Positions 1-8,469 of a stretch of DNA of 64,000 bases are shown here, piece after piece. Below the pieces are notes generated by a model. That model searched no databases. It was not told the DNA's origin and saw only the letters and a program-made list of their open reading frames with translations. Source of the DNA: Minisyncoccota bacterium. Lineage in GTDB: Bacteria; Patescibacteriota; Minisyncoccia; Phycocordibacterales; UBA9973. Position 1 is the first letter of the stretch; each line of letters opens with the position of its first letter. The translations under genes were made by a program, and so were the position numbers. The stretch spans positions 226,494 to 290,493 of the forward strand of contig JBAZSZ010000001.1 in assembly GCA_041662205.1 (NCBI GenBank). Direction: 5' to 3'.

Positions 1-2
1 CT

Positions 3-689
3 ATGGCAAAAACCAAGATAGCTGTTATAGACGATAGAGTAGATGCACGAGCACTTGTTGCTAGTGTCATTGATGATGCTATAACAAACCTTGAAATAAC
101 CGATAAATGGTCTGTTTTGGAAGCGTCTCCTTTGCCAAAACTCAAAGACTATCTTAATTGGGTTAGCGATAAAAAAGTTGGAATTTTAATCATTGATGAA
201 CGTCTTGGTGAGGTTCCTGATGATGCGGGTAAAGCCGCTAGTTACAAGGGCAGTGATCTGGTTAATTTATTGAGAAAACAATATAAGGATATGCCTATCT
301 ATGGCGTTACATCCTACCCTGATGATGGCTCTTTACAAAAACACTTTGCCTTATTTGATGAAGTTGTAAAAAGAGATGACTTTACTTCTAAAGCAGCCCA
401 ATATGTAGACCGATTCTTGAGAACGTATAAAAACTTTCTTGAAGATAATGAAAAAGAGCTAACCGAGCTTTCTGTCATCTCAAAGAAGATAGCTTTAGGT
501 AAGGCAAGTCGATCAGAAAAGAAAAGAGCCGAAGCCATTCAGAAAAACCTTGAAATTCCTGTTACAACTTTAGCGATTGGTAGTCGGAAAGAATGGATTG
601 ATGACTATGAAAAAGTCATTGCTGATCTCAAAAAAACTCAAAGCGATGTAGGAAAGTTTTTAAAAAAGAGCACTAAGAAAAAGAAATGA
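3..689 (+). CDS. Response-regulator receiver-domain protein with helical C-terminal extension
   Basis: Canonical REC residues IAVIDD, LIIDERL, GVTS, VVK; ATGA overlap with next gene. Confidence 0.75.
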   Translation: MAKTKIAVIDDRVDARALVASVIDDAITNLEITDKWSVLEASPLPKLKDYLNWVSDKKVGILIIDERLGEVPDDAGKAASYKGSDLVNLLRKQYKDMPIYGVTSYPDDGSLQKHFALFDEVVKRDDFTSKAAQYVDRFLRTYKNFLEDNEKELTELSVISKKIALGKASRSEKKRAEAIQKNLEIPVTTLAIGSRKEWIDDYEKVIADLKKTQSDVGKFLKKSTKKKK

Positions 690-1333
690 AATGGACTTTA
701 ATTCAAAAAACACCCAACCCTACTATCGAAGCCTATGGATACGAGGACAAGCGAGTCAAAGAATTTTTAAGGCAAGAAGGCGGTCTTAGATGTGTATATT
801 GTGCTGTACATGAAAATGCTCTCGGTGGAGTACAAGGATTTCATGTTGAGCATTACAAACCAAAAAGACGATTCCCAGTATTAATTAATAGTCTCAATAA
901 TCTTTTTTACTCTTGTCCAATCTGTAATCGATTTAAATCTAGTGATTGGCCAGCAGAACCAAATAAGAAGTTTGGAAACAGTTCATATCCTAATCCTTCT
1001 CAAGTTGACTACGCTATTCTTTTTGAAGTTGACCAAAAGAGTGGTTCGGTTAACGGAAAATTTGTAGCTTCAAAGTATATAGTTGAACGTCTATATTTTA
1101 ACCGCCCACAGTTAATATTGGAACGTCGACAGTATTTTCTTGACGAGCAACTTAATTCGCTGAATGAAAAAAATAAAGACCTAATCAAGGAACTAAAAAC
1201 TAGGAGCGATAAGAGATCACTTGCATATTTAGCCAAACTTGCGGATTTTAGCATTAAGTTAAACGAGTTGTTTCTTACCCTAAAGAAAATACCATCTTAT
1301 GAGATTAGTGACGTAACTAAACAAAGATCATGA
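686..1333 (+). CDS. HNH endonuclease
   Basis: CVYC...VEHYKPK...NLFYSCPICNRFK zinc-HNH motif. Confidence 0.9.
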   Translation: MKWTLIQKTPNPTIEAYGYEDKRVKEFLRQEGGLRCVYCAVHENALGGVQGFHVEHYKPKRRFPVLINSLNNLFYSCPICNRFKSSDWPAEPNKKFGNSSYPNPSQVDYAILFEVDQKSGSVNGKFVASKYIVERLYFNRPQLILERRQYFLDEQLNSLNEKNKDLIKELKTRSDKRSLAYLAKLADFSIKLNELFLTLKKIPSYEISDVTKQRS

Positions 1334-2958
1334 GAACTCGAAAGGAAAATGGTTCATACTACACCCCAGAAATCATCGCTGATTTTATTATTAAGCGAGT
1401 TTTTGATAATAAACACTACTTTCTGCCCAGAGACATAAGCGTATTAGAATCAAGCGTGGGAGACGGGATCTTCGTTCGCTCTCTGTTGAGTAGCCCCAAA
1501 GTTAAAACTAAGAAACTGACCCTAGAGGTGGTAGAGAGAGAAGGCAAAGAACTAAAGAAAGCCTTAGTCATTGCTGATGGACTAAAGTCAAAACAAACCA
1601 AAATTATTTCTCACCATAGAGATTATCTTGAGTTTGAAAAGACTAATAAAAATAAATACGACCTGATTATCGGTAATCCACCTTATATTAAAAAGAATCA
1701 TCTATCAAAAAAGCAGCTCAGTTTATGTGAAAATATTCATAAGAGAGCCAAACTATCTGATAAAAAAATAAAAAATATTTGGACAGCATTCCTTATAGGA
1801 GCAGTAGAATCACTCAATGAGAACGGTGTTATTTCTTTGGTCTTACCAGCCGAATTATTACAGGTCTCATATACGAAAGAGCTTAGAAATTATTTGCGTA
1901 ATACTCTTAATAAAATCGAGATATTTGCATTTAATGAGCTCGTATTCGAAGGCATTGAACAGGATGTAATAATCATTATTGGAACAAAATCATCAAAGAA
2001 TAAGGGCGTTTCTTTTTTTCAAGCAAATAAATTAGTTGATCTAAAGAAGCCTGATCTTATCCCGGGTAATACAAACATTGATCGAGAAACACTTGATAAA
2101 TGGACTAACTACATTTTATCTGAAAAAGAGCTTTCTTTTCTTGATAGCCTAAAGAAGAAGCTCAAAGAAGTGAGAGATTACTCAAAGGTGCAAGTTGGAA
2201 TTGTGACCGCTGTAAATAACTTTTTTATTATTAATGAAGATATTGTAAAAAACTTCAAGCTCAATTCTAACTGTACGCCAATTTTACAAAAAAGTTCTTT
2301 CGTCCCTGTGGCTTTAACGATAAGAAAAAATGATTTTTTCTCACTCAAGAAAAGAGGTAAGCCAGTTTTTCTGCTATCTCTTCCTGATAAACCAGAAGAT
2401 TTTCTATCTAAAAATGTTAAGAAGTATATAAAAAGTGGAGTGGATGAAGGAATTCATAAAGGTTACAAATGCTCGATCAGAAACCACTGGTATCACGTTC
2501 CAAGTGTTTGGCCTCCAGAAGGTGTCTTTATTAAAAGAAGTAATATCTTTCCAAGAATCATGACGAATGAGGCAAAAGTTAATGTCACTGATGCTTTTTA
2601 TCGTATATCAATGAAAGATGGTTATAATATTAAGAGCTTAGCATTTTCCTTCTGTAATTCTCTCAGCCTTATTTTTGCTGAGCTTGAGGGTAGATTTTAT
2701 GGAGGAGGCGTATTAGAGCTTATCCCAAACGAGTTTAAGAGTATACCAATACCTTACTCAGATGTTAAAGAAAAAGATTTTGAGTACCTGGATCGGATGT
2801 TAAGGAAAAAAGAACCAATTGACACTATCTTAGATTACACCGACAGAGTGATTTTAAAAAAAACACTGAAGTTAGCTAATAAAGATATTAAAAATATTAG
2901 GAAAATTTATTCCAAACTAGTTAATCGAAGAATGAAGGTTTCGCTCAATAAAAATTAA
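1330..2958 (+). CDS. N6-adenine DNA methyltransferase (gamma class, Eco57I/TaqI-like)
   Basis: GSYYTP, motif I VLESSVGDG, motif IV IIGNPPY, C-terminal GRFYGGGVLEL. Confidence 0.9.
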   Translation: MRTRKENGSYYTPEIIADFIIKRVFDNKHYFLPRDISVLESSVGDGIFVRSLLSSPKVKTKKLTLEVVEREGKELKKALVIADGLKSKQTKIISHHRDYLEFEKTNKNKYDLIIGNPPYIKKNHLSKKQLSLCENIHKRAKLSDKKIKNIWTAFLIGAVESLNENGVISLVLPAELLQVSYTKELRNYLRNTLNKIEIFAFNELVFEGIEQDVIIIIGTKSSKNKGVSFFQANKLVDLKKPDLIPGNTNIDRETLDKWTNYILSEKELSFLDSLKKKLKEVRDYSKVQVGIVTAVNNFFIINEDIVKNFKLNSNCTPILQKSSFVPVALTIRKNDFFSLKKRGKPVFLLSLPDKPEDFLSKNVKKYIKSGVDEGIHKGYKCSIRNHWYHVPSVWPPEGVFIKRSNIFPRIMTNEAKVNVTDAFYRISMKDGYNIKSLAFSFCNSLSLIFAELEGRFYGGGVLELIPNEFKSIPIPYSDVKEKDFEYLDRMLRKKEPIDTILDYTDRVILKKTLKLANKDIKNIRKIYSKLVNRRMKVSLNKN

Positions 2959-4289
2959 TTCTTTAAGTAAAGTAGTACTTTCTTTTCTTCGAGTGCAAGC
3001 TTGCTTTTCAGACACCCTAGTAAATCTCTTTTCTCAAATATTGATCCTTCTACAAGAAGGTATTTGGTGTAATTTCTTATATCAGCATCCTTCACGTAGT
3101 ATTCCTCTTGAGCCTTGCCCATAATTCCGGAGTGGAATTTCTTATGCCTTTCAATTTCAACTTCCAATTTTTTCTTTAAACCGGATTTATCCAAATCAAT
3201 TTGATCAAGGATTTCTGTAAGTTGGTTTATTAATACTTTTTCTTCAATGTATCCCTCTTTGCAATTAATATCTCGGGCTCTAGTACAACCGTAATAAATA
3301 TATTTATTAACGGAACCGTCTTTGAGAGTTTTATATTTCTCTTGCCCTGTGATGCCAGAACCGCAACGGCCACATATAAACATTCTAGTAAAAGCAAACT
3401 CCTTATTTCTGCTGTGCGATTTTACTTGCAGGTGCAATTGTTTTTGCACGTCATCAAATAAATCTTTAGAAATTAATGGTATATGTTTACCTTGAAACCA
3501 TCTTCCACTCCCTTTGGGATACTCAAATGTTCCATAATAAAAATGGTTATTAAGAATTATGTAAATATTACTAAGAGTTAGAGGTTTGCCGGATTTTGTT
3601 TTAAATTTTAAATCATCCTTTAACCACCTGAATACTTTTCTTCCGCTCCACGCTTCATGTCCCACTTTCTTAAATACTTCTTTCATAACCTGTGCTCGAT
3701 CCGGGTCAACGAATACTTGGCATTTCTGATCTTTATTTTTAGCATTTAGATATCCAGTTGGTGCAACGCTCGGCCATAATCCCATTTCACATTGTGTTTT
3801 GAGTCCACGCTTTACATTTATACTTTTATTATCATTTTCAAGTTTAGCTTGGGATCCAAGAATCATTAAAAGGAATTTCTCATTTGGATTATTAGAAAAG
3901 TGTTGGCTGTATGTTTTTATTTCAACTAATTTCTTTTGGTCCAGTAAATCTACTATCGCACCAAGGTCTCCAGCATTCCTGCTGAGTCTGTCTGGATGCC
4001 ACACAAGAATTCCATTAAATTTTCCTTCTCGGATATCAATAAGCATTTTGTTAAAGACTGGTCGTTGCCCACAATCTTTTGCTGAATGAGATTCTCTATA
4101 AATATCCACGATCTGAAGATTGTCTCGAGTCGCGATCGTCAACATTTCTTTTATCTGGGAATCTATTGATAATGCCTGCTTTTCTTCGGCTTCGCTTGAT
4201 TTACGGGCATACAAACAGTACTTGATTCGTTCTTGTGTTACCGTAGCTGGAAAACCTATTTGGGCTCCATATTGCGTTGTCTTATCCAT
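2955..4289 (-). CDS. Large serine recombinase (resolvase + recombinase + zinc ribbon)
   Basis: YARKSSE catalytic Ser, DRLSRN, CGRCGS...YYGC; start placed at MDKTT. Confidence 0.92.
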   Translation of the reverse strand: MDKTTQYGAQIGFPATVTQERIKYCLYARKSSEAEEKQALSIDSQIKEMLTIATRDNLQIVDIYRESHSAKDCGQRPVFNKMLIDIREGKFNGILVWHPDRLSRNAGDLGAIVDLLDQKKLVEIKTYSQHFSNNPNEKFLLMILGSQAKLENDNKSINVKRGLKTQCEMGLWPSVAPTGYLNAKNKDQKCQVFVDPDRAQVMKEVFKKVGHEAWSGRKVFRWLKDDLKFKTKSGKPLTLSNIYIILNNHFYYGTFEYPKGSGRWFQGKHIPLISKDLFDDVQKQLHLQVKSHSRNKEFAFTRMFICGRCGSGITGQEKYKTLKDGSVNKYIYYGCTRARDINCKEGYIEEKVLINQLTEILDQIDLDKSGLKKKLEVEIERHKKFHSGIMGKAQEEYYVKDADIRNYTKYLLVEGSIFEKRDLLGCLKSKLALEEKKVLLYLKN

Positions 4290-4473
4290 ACGAACAACAA
4301 CATACTCTGAACAAAAATTAAGTCTAGTCATAAAGTGGATAACTTCACTACACAATAATTTAAAAGGAAGCTAGGCTACACAAGCCTCCCAAAAGGAGGT
4401 ATAATCTCATTACAAGTTAATAAGCGACCTAACCCCTAAATTTATTTAAGGTATGGTCATAAAGTCGTATGAA

Positions 4474-4564
4474 GCATAAAGAACCCGTCATGGGGTCGCT
4501 TCATACGCCGTATAGGGAAACCTATATGAGAGGCTTCGGTCTCTACCCGTGATGGGCTTTTTGC
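4474..4564 (+). ncRNA. c4-antisense-like cloverleaf RNA
   Basis: Closing stem CCCGTCATGGG/CCCGTGATGGG, GAAA and UUCG hairpins, single-stranded segment complementary to upstream sites; TATAAT at 4400. Confidence 0.6.
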
Positions 4565-4608
4565 GTCTTATCACCGGTATTTATCAATAAGACGCAAAAG
4601 AAAAAGTT

Positions 4609-4902
4609 ATGTCGAACTTGATCTATGAAGGAATATTTAAAGCAGTTCTGTTTGGTTTAACTCTATCAATTGCCGTTGCTGTTTTTTCAATAGCTAAACA
4701 AGTTGCGAAAAAAGAATTTATTGGAGTACCAACCTGGGAATTTATTTTAAGATTAATTTATTACTTAGGTGGAATAGCTCTCGCTTCTTTTTTACTCGCT
4801 GGTTTGATAGATAATGGCCACAATCAAATTTTAGCTGTAGCAACTTATTTATTTTTAATAATGTCGGGTGCATGGGTGTATGGCCTTCGCGCATCTAACT
4901 AA
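4609..4902 (+). CDS. Small membrane protein
   Basis: About three hydrophobic segments. Confidence 0.65.
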   Translation: MSNLIYEGIFKAVLFGLTLSIAVAVFSIAKQVAKKEFIGVPTWEFILRLIYYLGGIALASFLLAGLIDNGHNQILAVATYLFLIMSGAWVYGLRASN

Positions 4903-4911
4903 TTTAATTTT

Positions 4912-5181
4912 ATGACCAAAAAACAATTTATTGTGTTGATAGTTGCGATCCTACTTATCCCTATAATGTACCTCTACAATGTTCGTTCTGTAAGTGCCGC
5001 TAGAAAAAGGTGCGCTGAATATGCGATGCCTTTAGTCGGAGCATCTTTCCCAGATGCTTTTGCCGAAAGCGGGTATAATTTTCCGCCGAAGAGAATCAAA
5101 GCAGAATACTCACAAGATTTCAAAGCCAATTATGATATATTCTTTAATTTCTGTATGGATCATTTTGAAGTTAAAGGCTAA
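4912..5181 (+). CDS. Hypothetical membrane-anchored protein
   Basis: N-terminal TM, two Cys; co-directional with previous gene. Confidence 0.65.
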   Translation: MTKKQFIVLIVAILLIPIMYLYNVRSVSAARKRCAEYAMPLVGASFPDAFAESGYNFPPKRIKAEYSQDFKANYDIFFNFCMDHFEVKG

Positions 5182-5532
5182 TTATAGATTTTTCAATACG
5201 CCAGATTTAGCCAAAGCTTTGGTTGGTAATTTTTTGCTATATCTGGGACTTTTTTCACCTGGCTCTCTAGCTTTACCCATGGTAAGATCAAAGTACATCC
5301 TAGCTGATCTGACATCACCCTGAATTGCTTGTTTACGCAAAGAATCTAAAACAATTATCCCAATTTTTTTCTTTACTCTTCGTACCTGACCATGTCTTTG
5401 TTCTTTGACAACAATTTCTTTCAAAAAGAATTCATTCATAAATCTACGCTGTTCCTTGTAGGGTCGTCCAGCACCGGCACGAGCTCCACCATTCTTACGA
5501 CGGCCATCTTTGTTTTTCTTTGGAAAGCGCAT
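5182..5532 (-). CDS. Phage-type basic protein, terminase-small-subunit-like
   Basis: NGGARAGAGRP start and QAIQGDVRSARMYFDLTMGK segment resemble phage packaging-associated proteins. Confidence 0.5.
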   Translation of the reverse strand: MRFPKKNKDGRRKNGGARAGAGRPYKEQRRFMNEFFLKEIVVKEQRHGQVRRVKKKIGIIVLDSLRKQAIQGDVRSARMYFDLTMGKAREPGEKSPRYSKKLPTKALAKSGVLKNL

Positions 5533-5631
5533 TAAATTTGATTAAATATTTAGGTTAAATAATATCCTTATAATATAACACTTTTTATTTTCAAAAACGA
5601 CATATTCAATCTTTTTTAGACCCTTTTTGAC

Positions 5632-6022
5632 CCGACCTAGACAGGTCAGAGTCCAAGATTCGAAAGTGATATAATATACTAATGCAAATAAAAGATATAT
5701 TTAACGTAGGTCCAGTGGGCTCAATGGGAAGACGATTGCAGTCATATTTAAATGGTGGCAATTGTCAGATTATTAATAAAACCTTAAATGAAGATCGAGT
5801 AGATTTTCGATTAAGAAGAGAATCTGATGGAATGGAGGGAGACTCATTTATCAAAGTTAGGGATGAATTTAAAGAAAGGAATAAGGAATTGCTAAACTGG
5901 ATTTTTGTAAATAAGGAAATAATGGGACTTACAATAGATCAGTTAGCTCAAATGGAAACAAACCTAAAGATGGAGATTTTTAACGGACATGTTCAAATTA
6001 AATAGCCGACCTAGACGGGTCA
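5632..6022. repeat. 17-bp direct repeat CCGACCTAGAC(A/G)GGTCA at 5632-5648 and 6006-6022
   Basis: One mismatch; copies flank ORF 5682-6005. Confidence 0.8.
5682..6005 (+). CDS. Hypothetical protein
   Basis: 107-aa ORF with TATAAT just upstream. Confidence 0.65.
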   Translation: MQIKDIFNVGPVGSMGRRLQSYLNGGNCQIINKTLNEDRVDFRLRRESDGMEGDSFIKVRDEFKERNKELLNWIFVNKEIMGLTIDQLAQMETNLKMEIFNGHVQIK

Positions 6023-6122
6023 TCTAGTTAATGTATTTAGTGCTAGAATATCCTTACGACATCTAGTGTGGTACGTACCAGACCAGACATCGCAGCAAAA
6101 ACGAGTGCAGCGATGTTTTTGA

Positions 6123-6256
6123 TGGGAGAAATGAGCAAACTTCTTTGCTCATGGCTAGGAAGCGAAAAGCTTTTCATTATTTACTGAAAGTAAATTGAAA
6201 AGGTATACTGGTCATGTAATGACCGATAAGTGTACTCACGGTCCTAGTCTCCCAGC
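6123..6256 (+). ncRNA. tRNA-Gln-like structured element (not a functional tRNA)
   Basis: Acceptor stem TGGGAGA/TCTCCCA-G and T-stem CTAGG/CCTAG; no TTCGA loop or anticodon arm; several internal hairpins. Confidence 0.55.
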
Positions 6257-6420
6257 TTTGCGTGGAAGTTATCGTTTTTAGAAAAATTTTGAGCGACGCA
6301 AAGCGTCGCGTATGGAGTTTCCGCCAGAATTCGCCAAGGGTTTTTGAAATCCAAAAGAAGCGAGCGGGACGCGAGGCGGGGGTTCGAGCCAATCTTTTTA
6401 AGAAAATCTCTTTTAGCTTC
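6244..6420 (-). pseudogene. C-terminal remnant of a tRNA-targeting serine recombinase
   Basis: Startless frame EAKRDFLKKIGSNPRLASRSLLLDFKNPWRILAE...KLGD* whose stop lies inside the tRNA-3'-like sequence. Confidence 0.55.
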
Positions 6421-6461
6421 ACTCGAGATACATTGAGTTATTAGTTAATAAAAAAATATTT

Positions 6462-6869
6462 ATGAATCAAAGTATCTTAATAGCAATAATATCGACAGGC
6501 AGCACACTATTAGGTATTAGTGTTGGGTCTGTGTTAAATCATATTCTTGAAAGAAAAACTGTAAGAGGAAGGTTGTTTTTTGAAGCAAGAAAAATTTCTT
6601 ACGGAAAATTTATAGGTCTTACAAGAAACATAATACTAGAACCAGCAACAGAAAAAGATACATTAGAATTCAATAATATAGCTAGTGAGGCATTATTAAT
6701 TTCTAATTCTATTTTAAGAGAGGAGCTGGTTGATTTATGTAATTCAATAAGTCTTCTAAAGCGAACATCTTTGGGAGCTGGTTCTTCTTTTGATATAAAA
6801 GATCAAAATATTTTAATAGAAAAATTAAAGAAAATTGAACTTTCAATGACAAAAGAATTAAAAATATAA
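6462..6869 (+). CDS. Hypothetical protein with N-terminal TM helix
   Basis: 135-aa ORF. Confidence 0.7.
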   Translation: MNQSILIAIISTGSTLLGISVGSVLNHILERKTVRGRLFFEARKISYGKFIGLTRNIILEPATEKDTLEFNNIASEALLISNSILREELVDLCNSISLLKRTSLGAGSSFDIKDQNILIEKLKKIELSMTKELKI

Positions 6870-6909
6870 AAACTAATTATTTTAGTAATCTAACCAACTT
6901 TTAAGTTAA

Positions 6910-7236
6910 ATGGTAAATTTTTTAAATAACCCTTGGACAATTGGAGTAGGCGTCACGGTTTTAGGAGGATTAATTCTATATTACCTTTTTGGCATAGGAA
7001 AACCTAAAAAAGAAAGTGCGGACACACGAAAAGCAGGTGTAATAGATGAAGGTATTAATTCAACTTATATAGATTGTGAAGGAGCTGGACCAGATGCAGG
7101 ATTAATAAGCAAGGGAAAGGGTTTGAAATCAATTAATAGTAAGTGGAGTTCAAGAGATGAGGTTGTGGAAGCTCAAAAACAAAGATTTGAAGAAAATAAG
7201 AAAAACCACTTTGACCCAAGAAATTCAAATAAATAG
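6910..7236 (+). CDS. Hypothetical protein with N-terminal TM helix
   Basis: 108-aa ORF, NNPWTIGVGVTVLGGLIL anchor. Confidence 0.7.
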   Translation: MVNFLNNPWTIGVGVTVLGGLILYYLFGIGKPKKESADTRKAGVIDEGINSTYIDCEGAGPDAGLISKGKGLKSINSKWSSRDEVVEAQKQRFEENKKNHFDPRNSNK

Positions 7237-7637
7237 CCCCACAGTAAACTGACAGAAAGTTACTAAAATCTATATTCGATTAATAATTTAACCTATAGAC
7301 TTTAGCTCCAGGCGCAAGTGATTTAACTAAATTGATACCATTCAAAGCAGATTGTTCTGAAGTATAACTCTCAGCGCTATCAGCAATAATTTTGCCGTTT
7401 CCAGCATTTAGATGCCAACGATATTCACCTGACCTATCTTTATAAATTTCAAATTTTGCTTCGTGCATATATTTAAATTCTTTAAAGATTATTCTTCTAA
7501 CGGGGAAATCGACCTTAGAGTGGGTTCCCGGACAAAAACCTATTTACATCAAGTTTCTGTCCGGAACCCTCTAAGTGATTGATCCACACAAAAAGGGGGT
7601 AGGAGTTTTTCTTTCTGTCAGTTTATTAAGGAGCTAT
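7233..7637. repeat. Inverted repeat enclosing the DUF1508 transcription unit
   Basis: Perfect 15-bp TAAACTGACAGAAAG (7245-7259) / CTTTCTGTCAGTTTA (7611-7625), extending imperfectly to 27 bp. Confidence 0.85.
7280..7468 (-). CDS. DUF1508/YegP-family (UPF0339) protein
   Basis: FEIYKDRSGEYRWHLNAGNGKIIADSAESY signature. Confidence 0.9.
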   Translation of the reverse strand: MHEAKFEIYKDRSGEYRWHLNAGNGKIIADSAESYTSEQSALNGINLVKSLAPGAKVYRLNY

Positions 7638-7785
7638 CTTGATATTATATTACTAGATTTAACTATTACAAGATGCTCGAGACGCGTCGTTTTGGTATAA
7701 TAAAATTGTTAGCAATCACCTTATGGGGTAAGGAGCCAATTGGTTCTAACTCGAGTCTCCCAGCAAATTCTAGTAGAATAAATAC

Positions 7786-8304
7786 ATGAGCAGTAGATTC
7801 ATTTGTGAAAATAATAAATATAAAATTGGAGGTGAAAAAGAAGATACAATCTATCTACCAGTATCTTTTAGTAATCTACCAGAAGAAATAAAAGTTCAAG
7901 AACAAACTTTGTATTTATTTAACTCTTTTCATGTCAGTTTAATTTATATTGGAAAAATAATTGAGAAATATAATATCACAATTCCTGATTTTTTAAATAA
8001 AATAGAAAATGATTTTTGTGAATTTATAAAGACAAATAATGTAGAAGTTGTTCGTTATAACAATGAATTCAAGTTTGTTGCAAGAAATGATAAAAAAACT
8101 GTAGTTGTTATGTGTGAAGTCTCAAACTTAAACAAATTCTTCGATTTAATAAACCAAAAGTATGAGCTACCTCTCAAGTATATGCCAACCCATGTTACTT
8201 TGTATGGTAATTTAAAAAACAAACCTGGCATTTGGTTAATGAATGAAGACGATATTAAAAACTTTACTATCCCTATTGAAAACCCGATAGGTCGTTTACT
8301 TTAG
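7786..8304 (+). CDS. 2H-phosphoesterase-like protein
   Basis: Two HxS/T motifs, FHVSL and THVTL, about 90 aa apart. Confidence 0.6.
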   Translation: MSSRFICENNKYKIGGEKEDTIYLPVSFSNLPEEIKVQEQTLYLFNSFHVSLIYIGKIIEKYNITIPDFLNKIENDFCEFIKTNNVEVVRYNNEFKFVARNDKKTVVVMCEVSNLNKFFDLINQKYELPLKYMPTHVTLYGNLKNKPGIWLMNEDDIKNFTIPIENPIGRLL

Positions 8305-8370
8305 TTCCAACTTCGCGTCATTATTTTTGTTTGAATTAAGGTTCTAGGTTTGCAACAAATACCCAAGCTA

Positions 8371-8400
8371 TTGACAAATAGCTATTAGGTAGTGTATAAT
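8371..8400 (+). promoter_or_regulatory. Sigma70 promoter
   Basis: TTGACA-18-TATAAT. Confidence 0.8.
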
Positions 8401-8469
8401 CCCAATAGAAATTAGCCTTTTCTGGTGGGGCTTAAAATAACATCAGAGGTTTTTTGAAAGGAAAGAATC

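Larger units (their letters stand above)
1..7764. mobile_element. Right part of an integrated, probably composite and decayed, genomic island
   Basis: Defence-type genes, intact recombinase, recombinase remnant, phage-like ORF, two copies of tRNA-3'-like AGTCTCCCAGC (6246, 7754); left end outside window. Confidence 0.6.

Noticed and set aside
6070-6112. GACCAGACATCGC resembling the RNase P RNA 5' end
   Set aside because: No GAGGAAAGUCC core follows; only a local hairpin
6376-6392. GGGGTTCGAGCC as a tRNA T-arm
   Set aside because: No cloverleaf; it is the antisense of the GSNP codons in the recombinase remnant
6177-6444. Track ORFs 6177-6422 (-) and 6262-6444 (+)
   Set aside because: Shadow frames of the recombinase remnant and tRNA-like element
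6422-7755. Clustered CTCGAG sites as the methyltransferase target
   Set aside because: Specificity cannot be inferred, and two sites are explained by a stem
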